DNA of 62,166 bases, filler included. It is 3 parts of 3 records of this genome, joined end to end, with 100 filler letters (N's around TTAATTAATTAA, not from the genome) between each part and the next. Parts side by side here need not be neighbours in the genome. Positions count along the whole stretch, not along the records: positions 1 to 28,670 come from DRR723986_9854; 2 more parts are not named here. One strand, given 5' to 3'. The notes beneath the pieces are model-generated. The model had not been told where the DNA came from, did not search any database, and was given only the letters and a program-made list of their open reading frames with translations. Numbering within the stretch: the stretch's first letter is position 1; every line of letters begins with the position of its first letter. The position numbers and the translations under genes are program-made. Positions 9,491 to 19,107 of the stretch are shown here, piece by piece.

Positions 9491-9751
9491 ATGGGATCTT
9501 GAGCTCAGCAGCGCGCGCTCAAACACACCAATTGTAATTTTTACCAAGGTTGAATGTGAATGGTCGGTCAGTATCAATTTATGGGACGATCGAAACCCAG
9601 CCTTCAGGACCTGCCCCGATCTGCAGATCCAACGGCAAACTAAAACGGCCTGATTGCTGCAAGGATTTGATCTGTAGGGAGATTTGCACGTACCCCATCA
9701 ACTGTGCCGATCCCATAAAGCTCCGCCGGACCTTTGCCGGTGGAGCTTTTT
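9491..9751. ncRNA. Candidate structured small RNA
   Basis: Non-coding region with end-pairing ATGGGATC/GATCCCAT, an internal interrupted hairpin and a strong terminator; no family recognised. Confidence 0.3.
9717..9751. terminator. Rho-independent terminator not adjacent to any CDS end
   Basis: AAAGCTCCGCCGG-ACCTTTG-CCGGTGGAGCTTTTT, a 13-bp stem with one G-U pair and a U tract. Confidence 0.75.
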
Positions 9752-10185
9752 AATTGGAGCTTCTGTCAGGTAGTCACCTCTCGCCGCGTTGAGCAAACCG
9801 GCTTTCTGACCTCGAGCTCAAGGCAAGTGCACAGGCGATAGCGGAAACCGATCAAAATCATCGAAAAACATCGACAAAATTACCACAGTCAACAAACTTA
9901 CTCTACGTTTATTGTTAGTTATGACGATGGCTTTGCGTTCACGAACTGGTGATTGGCCTTGAACTTTGTAGTTCAACCCACATTTATTACCGAAATATAA
10001 CTGAAAAAGCCCGGATTTGTGATCTTTGTTACACGCATTCGGGAGATTGTGGTGCGATAATGGCAAAATCGTGACCGCACGAACGGGGCGCAAAAGCGCG
10101 GAAGACCTGAAAAGTCCTATAATGGACCTCCGTTTATAGACCCCACGCGCGGTAATTTAAGTTGTATTAGCCTTGGGAGGCGTAC

Positions 10186-10785
10186 ATGCAACGGAATACC
10201 AGAGCAGGAACTCTTGCGCTTGGCCTCATCCTTGCCTTGGCAGGAAGCGCTGCTGCGGCCCCATTGCCTCAGGAAACGATCACGTTGCCTGAGGATCGTT
10301 TGGCGGTCACAGTCGCGTCAGCGTCACAGGATCAGGCCGATCCGCTGGAAAGTGAGCTCACGATATGGGTGGGCGAAATCGAGCTTGAAGGCCGGAAAAC
10401 GATCTGGGTAGAACTGATCGATTCCTTCGGCGAAGTTATCTATGACAGTGAAGTGAACACCAACGAAACCCATCTGCTTCCAGATGGCCGGGCCGTTGTC
10501 GTTCGCGCCATGGATCAGGATACGGTTGTCGCCGGCAAGGATGAATCAAGACTGGTCAATGAAGGCACCCTTACGGTCACGCGTCGTGTGGTCAATGAAG
10601 GTGTTGATGCGACCACAATTGAACTTATCGAAACCGGCCAGCAACCCTCGCAGAAACGCGGCACCATGCTGCAGGTCGCAGATTTTGGCGAATTGGTATG
10701 GCAGAAGGTCGTTGCCTTCTTCGATGCCGCACGCACACGCGTCGAAATCGCATGGAACTGGATTGTCGACACGATCCAGGCGTGA
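10186..10785 (+). CDS. Hypothetical secreted protein
   Basis: GGAGG RBS; signal peptide (LALGLILALAGSAAA); acidic beta-rich body; Trp-rich amphipathic C-terminus; downstream hairpin near 10835-10857. Confidence 0.75.
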   Translation: MQRNTRAGTLALGLILALAGSAAAAPLPQETITLPEDRLAVTVASASQDQADPLESELTIWVGEIELEGRKTIWVELIDSFGEVIYDSEVNTNETHLLPDGRAVVVRAMDQDTVVAGKDESRLVNEGTLTVTRRVVNEGVDATTIELIETGQQPSQKRGTMLQVADFGELVWQKVVAFFDAARTRVEIAWNWIVDTIQA

Positions 10786-10976
10786 GGCTTGTTTTGGCGC
10801 AATTGCCTTGCAGACTTGCGACACGCCATTCGCTTGCCCGGCTTTTTTGCCGGGCAGCGGCGATGCGCGTGTGAGCTTTTCCGCTCTTCCGAGGCCGCCA
10901 AACCTCGGATGGCGCTGGCTGAAGTCGCGCCAATCGTTTTGCGTCAAAAATAATCCATAAAATTCATCGCCCTATG

Positions 10977-11002
10977 TGATCCGCCCTTCAAGGCGAGGCG
11001 TA
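10977..11002 (+). promoter_or_regulatory. RpoE (ChrR-regulated ECF sigma) promoter
   Basis: TGATCC-N15-GCGTA, matching the alphaproteobacterial RpoE consensus, upstream of a typical RpoE regulon operon. Confidence 0.8.
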
Positions 11003-11079
11003 ACCGCTGCACATCAACTGGAAAACTTGGCGTCCAAACAGGTTTCCCGCGGTAACATCGACGCCCCGAAGGATATGAT

Positions 11080-12378
11080 ATGCGGATTGCCGTAATCGGC
11101 TCCGGAATTTCCGGAAACAGTGCAGCCTGGGCCCTTAATGATCTTCATGACGTTGTTCTCTACGAGCGGCGCGAACGGCCAGGTGGTCACAGCGCCACGG
11201 CGGATATCGACTATGATGGCGCCCGGATTTCGGTGGACACCGGTTTCATCGTCTACAACGAGCTCAACTACCCGAATTTTACTGCGCTGCTTGACCATCT
11301 GGGGGTCGCCAACGAGATAAGCGACATGAGTTTTGCCTTGTCGGCGGACAACGGCAAGCTTGAATGGTCAGGCCATTCTCTGAACGCGGTCTTCGCACAA
11401 CGGCGTAATCTGGTCTCACCGCGGTTCCTGCGCATGTTGCGGGATATCTTCCGCTTCAATGGCAAAGCCGTTGAAGATCTGAAGGCCGGACGCCTCAGCG
11501 GGCAAACGCTCGGTGGCTACCTGGAGCGTGAACACTACTCTTCCGGTTTCATAAACGACTATCTGCTGGCGATGGGCGCTGCCATCTGGTCGACACCGAT
11601 CAACGAAATGCGGGACTATCCTGCGGAAAGCTTCGTGGCTTTCTTTGAAAATCATCGCCTGCTTTCATTCGATCGGCCGCTGTGGCGCACCATTTCCGGT
11701 GGCAGCCGCAACTACGTGGAAAAGCTGCTGGCGCCACTTCAGGGAAAGATCAGGCTTGGCAAGCCGGTCACAGAAGTTCTCCGGCAAAACGGGCAGGTCA
11801 TCGTGCGCGACGCATCCGGCCACCAGGACGTTTTCGATCATGTGATCCTTGCCAGCCACACGGACCAGACCCTTGCCATGTTGGGTGATCCCTCCCCACA
11901 GGAGCGCGATATTCTTGGATCCATCCGGTATCGTCCAAACGAAGTTTACCTTCACCGCGACGAGGCCCTGATGCCGAAACGCAAAAACGTCTGGGCTTCC
12001 TGGAATTACATGTCCGATCGCGAAGCCGGCGAAACACGGGACGTAACCGTCAGCTACTGGATGAACCGGTTGCAGAACTTCGATCACTCCAAACCGGTCT
12101 TCGTTACATTGAACCCCTATGCACCACCTCAGGAAGACAAGACCTTCGCAAAGTATGTTTATGATCATCCCCAGTTTGATGCCATGGCTCAGCAGGCCAA
12201 GAACCGGCTTGGGGAAATTCAAGGCGTGAACAACACCTGGTATTGTGGTGCGTGGCGCGGTCACGGCTTCCACGAAGATGGACTTTCGTCCGGGCTTGAT
12301 GTTGCCCGTTCGCTGGGTGCCCGTCTGCCATGGGAAAAAGACACGGCTGTCGATACCTATCTGGAGGCTGCCGAATGA
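11080..12378 (+). CDS. FAD-dependent oxidoreductase (RSP1091/UfaD-like fatty acid desaturase)
   Basis: IAVIGSGISG, VDTGFIVYN, WASWNY, GFHEDG; first gene of the FAD oxidoreductase-DUF1365-cfa triad. Confidence 0.88.
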   Translation: MRIAVIGSGISGNSAAWALNDLHDVVLYERRERPGGHSATADIDYDGARISVDTGFIVYNELNYPNFTALLDHLGVANEISDMSFALSADNGKLEWSGHSLNAVFAQRRNLVSPRFLRMLRDIFRFNGKAVEDLKAGRLSGQTLGGYLEREHYSSGFINDYLLAMGAAIWSTPINEMRDYPAESFVAFFENHRLLSFDRPLWRTISGGSRNYVEKLLAPLQGKIRLGKPVTEVLRQNGQVIVRDASGHQDVFDHVILASHTDQTLAMLGDPSPQERDILGSIRYRPNEVYLHRDEALMPKRKNVWASWNYMSDREAGETRDVTVSYWMNRLQNFDHSKPVFVTLNPYAPPQEDKTFAKYVYDHPQFDAMAQQAKNRLGEIQGVNNTWYCGAWRGHGFHEDGLSSGLDVARSLGARLPWEKDTAVDTYLEAAE

Positions 12379-13226
12379 AGGCAAGGCCGAGCAATTGCAT
12401 GCATGACAATGGACCGCCCCCCGATCCGGCGGCATCCTTGTTCATGGGCTCGGTCATGCATCACCGCATGAAACCCCGTGAGCACAGGTTTTCCTATAAG
12501 GTCTTTTCCGTGCTGCTCGATCTGGATCGGCTTGAAGAAGCTGCGCAGTCCAGCCTGTTCTTCTCCGTCAACCGGTTCAATTTGCTGTCGTTTCATCAGA
12601 AGGACCACGGCCCCAGGGACGGGTCTGATTTGCGGCTCCATGTCGACCGATTGCTCGCCAAGGAAGGACTAGAGGCACCTGCTCGGGTCCTTCTGCTCGC
12701 ATATCCGCGGATGCTGGGGTACGGCTTCAACCCTCTCAGCGTTTATTATGCCTATGACCGGTCGAACCAACTGATTGCGCTCGTTTACGAGGTGCGCAAC
12801 ACATTTGGGGGCATCCACACCTACGTAGCACCTGTCAAAGCCGACCAGTGCAGTGATGCAGGTATACGCCAAGATCAGAAGAAGCTGTTCTACGTGTCGC
12901 CCTTCGTCAGCATGGAACAACACTATTTCTTCCGCATGATGCCGCCGGGAAAAACCGTCCGCGTTCGCATTCTGGAAAAGGATTGCGAAGGCCCGCTTTT
13001 GTCGGCGACATTTTCCGGCACACAACACCCCCTGTCCAACGGCTCGATTCTACAGGCCTGCCTTCAGGTGCCGCTGCTGACGTTCAAGGTCATCGGCGCC
13101 ATCCATTGGGAAGCCTTTAAAATCTGGCGCAAGCGTGTACCATTTCACGCTCGACCCGCAGAAGATGCAGGGAATGACGGGTTGCCTGGGCAGACAGGTT
13201 CTGTCTTGCCAGTTTCAAACAACTGA
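12375..13226 (+). CDS. DUF1365 family protein (RSP1090/UfaO-like)
   Basis: VMHHR..P.EH.F.Y, GFNPLS, EVRNTFG, KLFYVSPF, IHWEA; ATGA overlap with the upstream stop. Confidence 0.88.
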   Translation: MKARPSNCMHDNGPPPDPAASLFMGSVMHHRMKPREHRFSYKVFSVLLDLDRLEEAAQSSLFFSVNRFNLLSFHQKDHGPRDGSDLRLHVDRLLAKEGLEAPARVLLLAYPRMLGYGFNPLSVYYAYDRSNQLIALVYEVRNTFGGIHTYVAPVKADQCSDAGIRQDQKKLFYVSPFVSMEQHYFFRMMPPGKTVRVRILEKDCEGPLLSATFSGTQHPLSNGSILQACLQVPLLTFKVIGAIHWEAFKIWRKRVPFHARPAEDAGNDGLPGQTGSVLPVSNN

Positions 13227-13245
13227 CGTTTCAAGAGGTTCTGCT

Positions 13246-14475
13246 ATGAGTGAGCCGATTGTTCTGACCAAGGAAAACTTCCGCGCGGAGTTGAAGGGTA
13301 CTCCACGCCTCGCCAAAATGGCGGCCGGCCTTGCCCTCAAAATCCGCTACGGGTCTCTTGAAGTTCAATTTCCAGACGGTCGAAGATTCCATATCAAAGG
13401 GCAGGAAGATGGCCCACACGGTGTTCTCAAGATCCATAACTGGGCGTTTTTCCGGATGGTCGTCCAAGCAGGCGACGTTGGTGTCGGAGAAGCCTTCATG
13501 GCGGGGTACTGGTCGTCGCCCGACGTGACCACATTTCTGGAAGTCTTCTGCATAAACCAGGAATCGACGCTGGAAGCTCTCCAAGGGAAACCGTTTACAC
13601 GTTTTCTGATGTCGGTACGCCACTGGCTGAACTCCAACACCAAACGCGGGTCGAAGCGTAACATCTCGGCGCACTATGACCTCGGAAATGCATTTTACCG
13701 GGAGTGGCTGGATCCTTCGATGACCTATTCCTCGGCGATCTACAGCAACGAAACCAACAATCTGGAACAGGCCCAAACCGAGAAATATGCTTCTCTGGTC
13801 CGGCAGACGGGCATTACTCCCGATCACAAGGTTCTGGAAATCGGGTGTGGCTGGGGCGGTTTTGCCGAATATGTCGCAAAATCGGTTGGTGCCAACGTGC
13901 GAGCATTGACCATCTCGCAGGAACAATTCGATTACGCGCGCGAGCGGATCTACAAGGCCGGCCTCAACGACAAGGTTGAAGTGGTCTTCCAAGACTATCG
14001 CGACGAAAATGGCGTGTTCGACAGGATAGCCTCCATCGAAATGTTCGAGGCCGTCGGTGAAAAATACTGGCCGACCTACTTCCGCCAATTGTCGAAGTGC
14101 CTGAAGCCGGGTGGCAAGGCGGGCCTGCAGATCATCACGATCCAGGACAAGATGTTCGAGGACTACCGCAGAGGCACAGACTTCATCCAGCGCTATATCT
14201 TTCCAGGTGGAATGCTGCCGCCGCCCGGTCGTCTGGCGGAAATCGGCAAGTCACTGGGCCTGGACCTTATGGATCAGAAGATCTTCGGCCAGGACTACGC
14301 AAGAACGCTTGCAGAATGGCGGCAGAGCTTCCGACAAGCCTGGCCAAGGATCAGTCCGCTGGGTTTTGACGAGCGCTTCAAGCGCCTCTGGGAGTTCTAC
14401 CTGCATTATTGCGAGGCAGGCTTCCGGTCCGGCAATATCGATGTTCGCCAGATGGTCTACGTCAAATCTGCCTGA
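13246..14475 (+). CDS. cfa: Cyclopropane-fatty-acyl-phospholipid synthase family SAM methyltransferase (CfaS/UfaM-like)
   Basis: NISAHYDLGN, MTYSSA, LEIGCGWGG, SIEMFEAVG, YIFPGG, YCEAGF. Confidence 0.93.
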   Translation: MSEPIVLTKENFRAELKGTPRLAKMAAGLALKIRYGSLEVQFPDGRRFHIKGQEDGPHGVLKIHNWAFFRMVVQAGDVGVGEAFMAGYWSSPDVTTFLEVFCINQESTLEALQGKPFTRFLMSVRHWLNSNTKRGSKRNISAHYDLGNAFYREWLDPSMTYSSAIYSNETNNLEQAQTEKYASLVRQTGITPDHKVLEIGCGWGGFAEYVAKSVGANVRALTISQEQFDYARERIYKAGLNDKVEVVFQDYRDENGVFDRIASIEMFEAVGEKYWPTYFRQLSKCLKPGGKAGLQIITIQDKMFEDYRRGTDFIQRYIFPGGMLPPPGRLAEIGKSLGLDLMDQKIFGQDYARTLAEWRQSFRQAWPRISPLGFDERFKRLWEFYLHYCEAGFRSGNIDVRQMVYVKSA

Positions 14476-14503
14476 CAAGGCACTGCTCTTGAAGACACAC
14501 TTC

Positions 14504-14530
14504 AAAGGCCGGGATCACCCGGCCTTTTTC
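14504..14530. terminator. Bidirectional terminator
   Basis: AAAGGCCGGG-ATCA-CCCGGCCTTTTT between convergent cfa and SDR genes. Confidence 0.8.
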
Positions 14531-15321
14531 TTGTTCCAACCCGTGGACCGGGCGACCAGCGCGAAGTAGGCACTGTACGGCAACCAGCGCAAGAGCTTCA
14601 GTTGCCGAACAAATTTACGCGGAAATGCAATCTCGAAACGGGTTGGATGGGACAGGCCTTTCCTGATTTCCTCGACAGCCTCTTCCGAAGACATCAGATA
14701 GGGCATCGGAAACGGATTGGACTTTGTTGCCGGCGTATCGACAAAACCGGGACTGATGACCTGAATTCGGATCCCGGCAAGGTCCAGATCGAATTTCAAG
14801 GATTCAACAAGGTTGATCAGCCCCGCCTTGGTGGCACCGTATGCAGCTGACGTCGGCAAACCGCCATAACCTGCCACAGACGACACCACTGCGATCTGCC
14901 CCCTGCCCGCCGCCTTCATGGCTGTGATTGCCGGCAGAAGCACATTGACGGTTCCCATGAGGTTCACATCAAAGCTTTTGCGAAAGGCGTCTGCTTCGGC
15001 ATCGAGGCCATCCTGCGGCAGATAAATGCCCGCATTAGCCACGAGCAGGCTCAAACCGCCGAAGTCCTGCTGAATTTTTTTCACGTGTTCGGCCATGAGG
15101 TCCGTCTTCGTGACATCCCCAGGCAGCGCATGAATTGAACCGGCAAGCGCCTTGGACTGGTTCTCCAGCTCCGCCAATTCCTGCTCCGAGCGGGCAGTTA
15201 CAATGACCTTCCAGCCCGAACGGGCGAGGTCAAGTGCAAGCTCCCGGCCGATACCGGAACTTGCTCCCGTGATCCAGGCGCAACCGTGATCAGCTTGGGC
15301 AACATAATTCGTCTTGGGCAA
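14515..15321 (-). CDS. SDR family oxidoreductase (RpoE regulon type)
   Basis: WITGASSGIG, NAG, YGATK, PGFVDT; TTG start with GGGAGA RBS. Confidence 0.9.
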   Translation of the reverse strand: MPKTNYVAQADHGCAWITGASSGIGRELALDLARSGWKVIVTARSEQELAELENQSKALAGSIHALPGDVTKTDLMAEHVKKIQQDFGGLSLLVANAGIYLPQDGLDAEADAFRKSFDVNLMGTVNVLLPAITAMKAAGRGQIAVVSSVAGYGGLPTSAAYGATKAGLINLVESLKFDLDLAGIRIQVISPGFVDTPATKSNPFPMPYLMSSEEAVEEIRKGLSHPTRFEIAFPRKFVRQLKLLRWLPYSAYFALVARSTGWNKKKAG

Positions 15322-15379
15322 TTCATTCTCCCGGTCCGTTTGCCTCTTTACGCAAACAGACCGGGTGTCGGATTGAATT

Positions 15380-16048
15380 TTAGCGGATAAAGGGAGCGAA
15401 CCAGCGGCCAACAGGGCCGGTCAACTGCAGGCGTCCCGCTGTCACCGCGAAGCAAATGCAGTCTTCACCTTCGTCAGCTATAGGTTTGTGGTCCACATCG
15501 CCATCGGCAAAGGCAACGTCACCAGCCACATAGTGGCCGTCTTCGTCCTTGAACCCGCCCGTCAATACCAGCGTAAGCTCAGTGCCGTGGTGCGTATGGG
15601 ACGGCATTGCTCTACCTGCCCGCACCCAAAGGAGACTGCTTGCGCAGCCGTCAATTTCACCGAACTTGCATTCCTTGACGCCTGGAAGGAGCGTTTTCCA
15701 GGGTAGCTGATCCATCGAGGAACCGATAATCGACTGCAGCGATTCGGGAACGGCCGGTCCGCCTTTATCAGACAGTTCGGCGGCAGGCGCGTTATCGTTC
15801 AGGTCATCAACGGCGCCACTGAATATCGATCCGAGAAATTCGTCCCGATTGGAAATGGAGACCGGTTCGGCGTCTTCCAGTTCAAAGCCGGCAAGAGTTT
15901 CAAGTGAGTTTACATATGACCTGTTGCAGTCGCTCATTTCGAGATGAGCACCGACCAATGCCTGCGCCGGATAGGTCAAGGTCCCGGCCGCATATCCGGC
16001 CAGTAACTCGTCCATTCCGGTCACGTTTTTTTCCATTACCGCTCTCAT
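15380..16048 (-). CDS. chrR: ChrR family anti-sigma-E factor
   Basis: LLAGYAAGTL, HLEMSDC zinc anti-sigma domain; cupin domain with PSHTHHGTELTLVLTGGF, H.P and C.C. Confidence 0.92.
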   Translation of the reverse strand: MRAVMEKNVTGMDELLAGYAAGTLTYPAQALVGAHLEMSDCNRSYVNSLETLAGFELEDAEPVSISNRDEFLGSIFSGAVDDLNDNAPAAELSDKGGPAVPESLQSIIGSSMDQLPWKTLLPGVKECKFGEIDGCASSLLWVRAGRAMPSHTHHGTELTLVLTGGFKDEDGHYVAGDVAFADGDVDHKPIADEGEDCICFAVTAGRLQLTGPVGRWFAPFIR

Positions 16049-16082
16049 TTGGCTTTAGAATCCCAAGTTGCCTTACCGGCGA

Positions 16083-16108
16083 TACGACAGGCAACAAAAA
16101 TCGGATCA
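16083..16108 (-). promoter_or_regulatory. RpoE promoter for chrR
   Basis: Minus strand reads TGATCC-N15-TCGTA, ending 35 nt upstream of the chrR start. Confidence 0.75.
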
Positions 16109-16350
16109 ACAATTACACCAGAATTGTTAGAAATAGAATTTCAGTGAGCTGATTTCACGGAACAACTGATGGCGTGTTTTTGACACCAGAGGGAAAAAGG
16201 AACCTGATTGGCCTCAGGTGCTGGCATTCCCCATTTGAAGCCTTACATTGCGACCTTGATCAAGGCCCTTCAGACCTTTAGCGTCCGGGGCTTATCAGAT
16301 TTCATCTGGCCGGTCAGCGCCACCGGACCAGATCAGCCGGGAAAGAATAA

Positions 16351-17385
16351 ATGTCTGTGTCCGCTTCTGTTGTCGATGCGATCGGTAACACGCCCCTCAT
16401 CCGTCTGAAAGCTCTGTCCGAGGAAACGGGTTGCGAAATTCTCGGCAAGGCCGAGTTCATGAACCCCGGTCAATCGGTCAAGGACCGCCCTGCCCGGCAA
16501 ATGATTCTTGAAGCCGAAGCCCGCGGTGATCTCAAGCCCGGTGGTGTGATTGTCGAAGGCACAGCCGGAAACACCGGTATCGGACTGGCGCTGGTAGCCA
16601 GTGCTCGCGGCTACCGGACCGTGATCGTTATTCCGGAAACGCAAAGCCAGGAAAAGAAGGACATGTTGCGCCTGTGTGGTGCTGAACTTGTCGAAGTCCC
16701 GGCCAAGCCTTTTTCCGACCCCAACAACTACCAGCACGTCGCCCGCCGTCTTGCAGAAGAGATGGCACGGACTGAACCTAATGGCGTTATCTTTGCCGAT
16801 CAGTGGAACAACCTCGACAACCGCAAGGCTCATTTCGTAACCACAGGTCCTGAAATCATGGCCCAAACGGGTGGCCGTGTTGACGGTTTCATCTGTGCGG
16901 TCGGTTCCGGCGGCACGCTGGCTGGCGTTTCAACCTATCTTCAGGAGAACAAGCCGGGTGTCGTCATCGGCTGCGCCGACCCGCGTGGCGCTGCGATGCA
17001 ATCGCTGTTCACCACCGGCAAGGCTGTTGCCTCCGAAGGCGGATCGGTTTCCGAAGGCATCGGCCTTGGCCGCAGTACCGCGATTGTCGGCGATCTTAAA
17101 ATCGATCACGCCTACACAATTCCAGACGAAGAAGCCCTGCCGCTGGTGTTCGATCTCGCGGAAAAGGAAGGGCTACTGCTGGGTGGCTCGACCGCTATCA
17201 ATCTGGCCGGCGCCCGGCGCCTTGCACGCGAGCTTGGACCAGGCAAGACGATCGTCACGATCCTGTGCGACCACGGCACCCGCTACCAGTCCAAACTCTA
17301 CAATCCGGACTTCCTCAGATCAAAGAATTTGCCGGTTCCGGAGTGGCTGGAGCGAAAAGTCACGATCCAGCCACCCTTCGCCTGA
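16351..17385 (+). CDS. cysK: Cysteine synthase A
   Basis: IGNTPL, NPGQSVKDR, TAGNTGIG, GSGGT, ILCD. Confidence 0.93.
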   Translation: MSVSASVVDAIGNTPLIRLKALSEETGCEILGKAEFMNPGQSVKDRPARQMILEAEARGDLKPGGVIVEGTAGNTGIGLALVASARGYRTVIVIPETQSQEKKDMLRLCGAELVEVPAKPFSDPNNYQHVARRLAEEMARTEPNGVIFADQWNNLDNRKAHFVTTGPEIMAQTGGRVDGFICAVGSGGTLAGVSTYLQENKPGVVIGCADPRGAAMQSLFTTGKAVASEGGSVSEGIGLGRSTAIVGDLKIDHAYTIPDEEALPLVFDLAEKEGLLLGGSTAINLAGARRLARELGPGKTIVTILCDHGTRYQSKLYNPDFLRSKNLPVPEWLERKVTIQPPFA

Positions 17386-17409
17386 TCGATTGACACCGGG
17401 GGGCATTAC

Positions 17410-18924
17410 ATGAGTTCAGCGGATCAAGCATTGGCGCAAGGCGGTGACGCGGCCGAAGCGGTGATCCGCGATGCCGTCACAGATGCCGGCGTTCTGGATG
17501 TCATGGCAAACAATCTCGGACTGGTCGCGGCATTTGTCGCGATCATGTACGTGACGGCAGGCATCTGCGCCGTTCGCGAAGTAATGAATTCAAGAACTTC
17601 CCAGGGATCCGTCGCATGGCTGCTGTCCCTGTTTTTTCTGCCTTATCTCACGGTGCCGCTCTATTTCGTGTTCGGCTGGCGATCCTTTTCCGACTACGAG
17701 AAGATTCAAGCGACCCTTGGCCGGGCAGAACGGGCAAGGCGAGCAGACGAACTTGGCCTGACCGATCACGAGGAAACCAGAGACTGGCCAGTTCTTTCCC
17801 GCGTAGCCGGGGTTCCCTTCATGGCCGGCAACAAGGCAGACCTTCTCATCGATGGTGATGCGACGTTCACAGCCATCAAGAATGAAATTGCAAAGGCCAG
17901 AAACGTCATATTCTTCCAGTTCTTCGCCATCCATGACGACGAACTGGGACGTGACATGGCCGACGCCCTGATCGCCCGTGCCAAGGATGGCATAACGGTC
18001 TATTTCCTCTACGACGATGTCGGCAGCCATTCTCTGTCAAAAGACTATCTGACCCGCTTGAAGAGCGCCGGCGTCAAGGTTTGCGGTTTCAACGAAAACC
18101 ACAAGTTCCTGCGACTGCTTGGACCGATGCGTCTCAACTATCGCAATCATCGCAAACTGGTCGTGATCGACTACCGCGTCACATTTGTCGGCGGCCACAA
18201 TGTTGCGGACCAGTATGTCGGCCGGGACAACTGGTTTGGCCACTGGCGCGACACCCATGTCCGTGTCGAAGGGCCCGCTGCCGTTGCTTGCGCACTCTCC
18301 TTTGTCGAAGACTGGCTCTGGGCGAGCGGCGAGCGCATCGAACTGCCTCAGGTTGGCGAAATTCCGATGCCAGGTGACGAAGCCGTTCTGGTGATGCCGA
18401 CAGGGCCTGCAGACAAGCTGGAGGAATGCGCTCTGGCTTTTGTCGAAACGGCAGCCCGGGCACGAAAGAGGCTATGGATCACCACACCGTATCTGGTGCC
18501 GTCTCTCGACATCCAGACAGCGCTTTGCTCGGCAGCAATGCGCGGCGTGGACGTACGCGTTCTGATGCCGGAAAAACGTGATCACTGGACTGTATGGCTC
18601 GCAAGCCACGCCTACGAGGACACCCTGGTGCAGCGCGGGGTGAAGGTTTACCGCTATATCGACGGTTTTCTGCACCAGAAGGTTACGCTGATGGACGACG
18701 AACTCGTTTCCATCGGCACGGTCAACTTCGACAACAGATCATTCCAGATCAATTTTGAACTGACCCTCTGGTTCACCCATCCGCGCATGATCGACAATGT
18801 CGAAAGCATGCTGGAAACCGATTTCCAGAACTCCCGCCTGACCTGGCCGGACGCGTTCCAGTCCCGCAGTTATGTTTTTCGTGTCCTGGCTCAAGGCGCC
18901 CGGTTGCTGTCTCCCATACTTTGA
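17410..18924 (+). CDS. cls: Cardiolipin synthase
   Basis: N-terminal TM pair and two HKD motifs (HRKLVVID, HQKVTLMD). Confidence 0.92.
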   Translation: MSSADQALAQGGDAAEAVIRDAVTDAGVLDVMANNLGLVAAFVAIMYVTAGICAVREVMNSRTSQGSVAWLLSLFFLPYLTVPLYFVFGWRSFSDYEKIQATLGRAERARRADELGLTDHEETRDWPVLSRVAGVPFMAGNKADLLIDGDATFTAIKNEIAKARNVIFFQFFAIHDDELGRDMADALIARAKDGITVYFLYDDVGSHSLSKDYLTRLKSAGVKVCGFNENHKFLRLLGPMRLNYRNHRKLVVIDYRVTFVGGHNVADQYVGRDNWFGHWRDTHVRVEGPAAVACALSFVEDWLWASGERIELPQVGEIPMPGDEAVLVMPTGPADKLEECALAFVETAARARKRLWITTPYLVPSLDIQTALCSAAMRGVDVRVLMPEKRDHWTVWLASHAYEDTLVQRGVKVYRYIDGFLHQKVTLMDDELVSIGTVNFDNRSFQINFELTLWFTHPRMIDNVESMLETDFQNSRLTWPDAFQSRSYVFRVLAQGARLLSPIL

Positions 18925-19107
18925 TCAGTGTTCGGGACATGCTCAGTCCCTGACTGCGCGGCCATGCAGCGCGCCTCGTGCAGCTTGAAGGCAAAATCCA
19001 GCATCTGTTTTCTGAAACCGAAGAAAGAGCGCCCCCTTCCGGACTGGTGCCGTCGAGGCGAATGATCTAAACCTCTATCAGACCAACTTCTCCGGCATCT
19101 GCAAACC

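Noticed and set aside
9550-10093. Short ORFs 9550-9753 (+) and 9818-10093 (-)
   Set aside because: Weak starts, no RBS, atypical composition; the first runs through a terminator hairpin.
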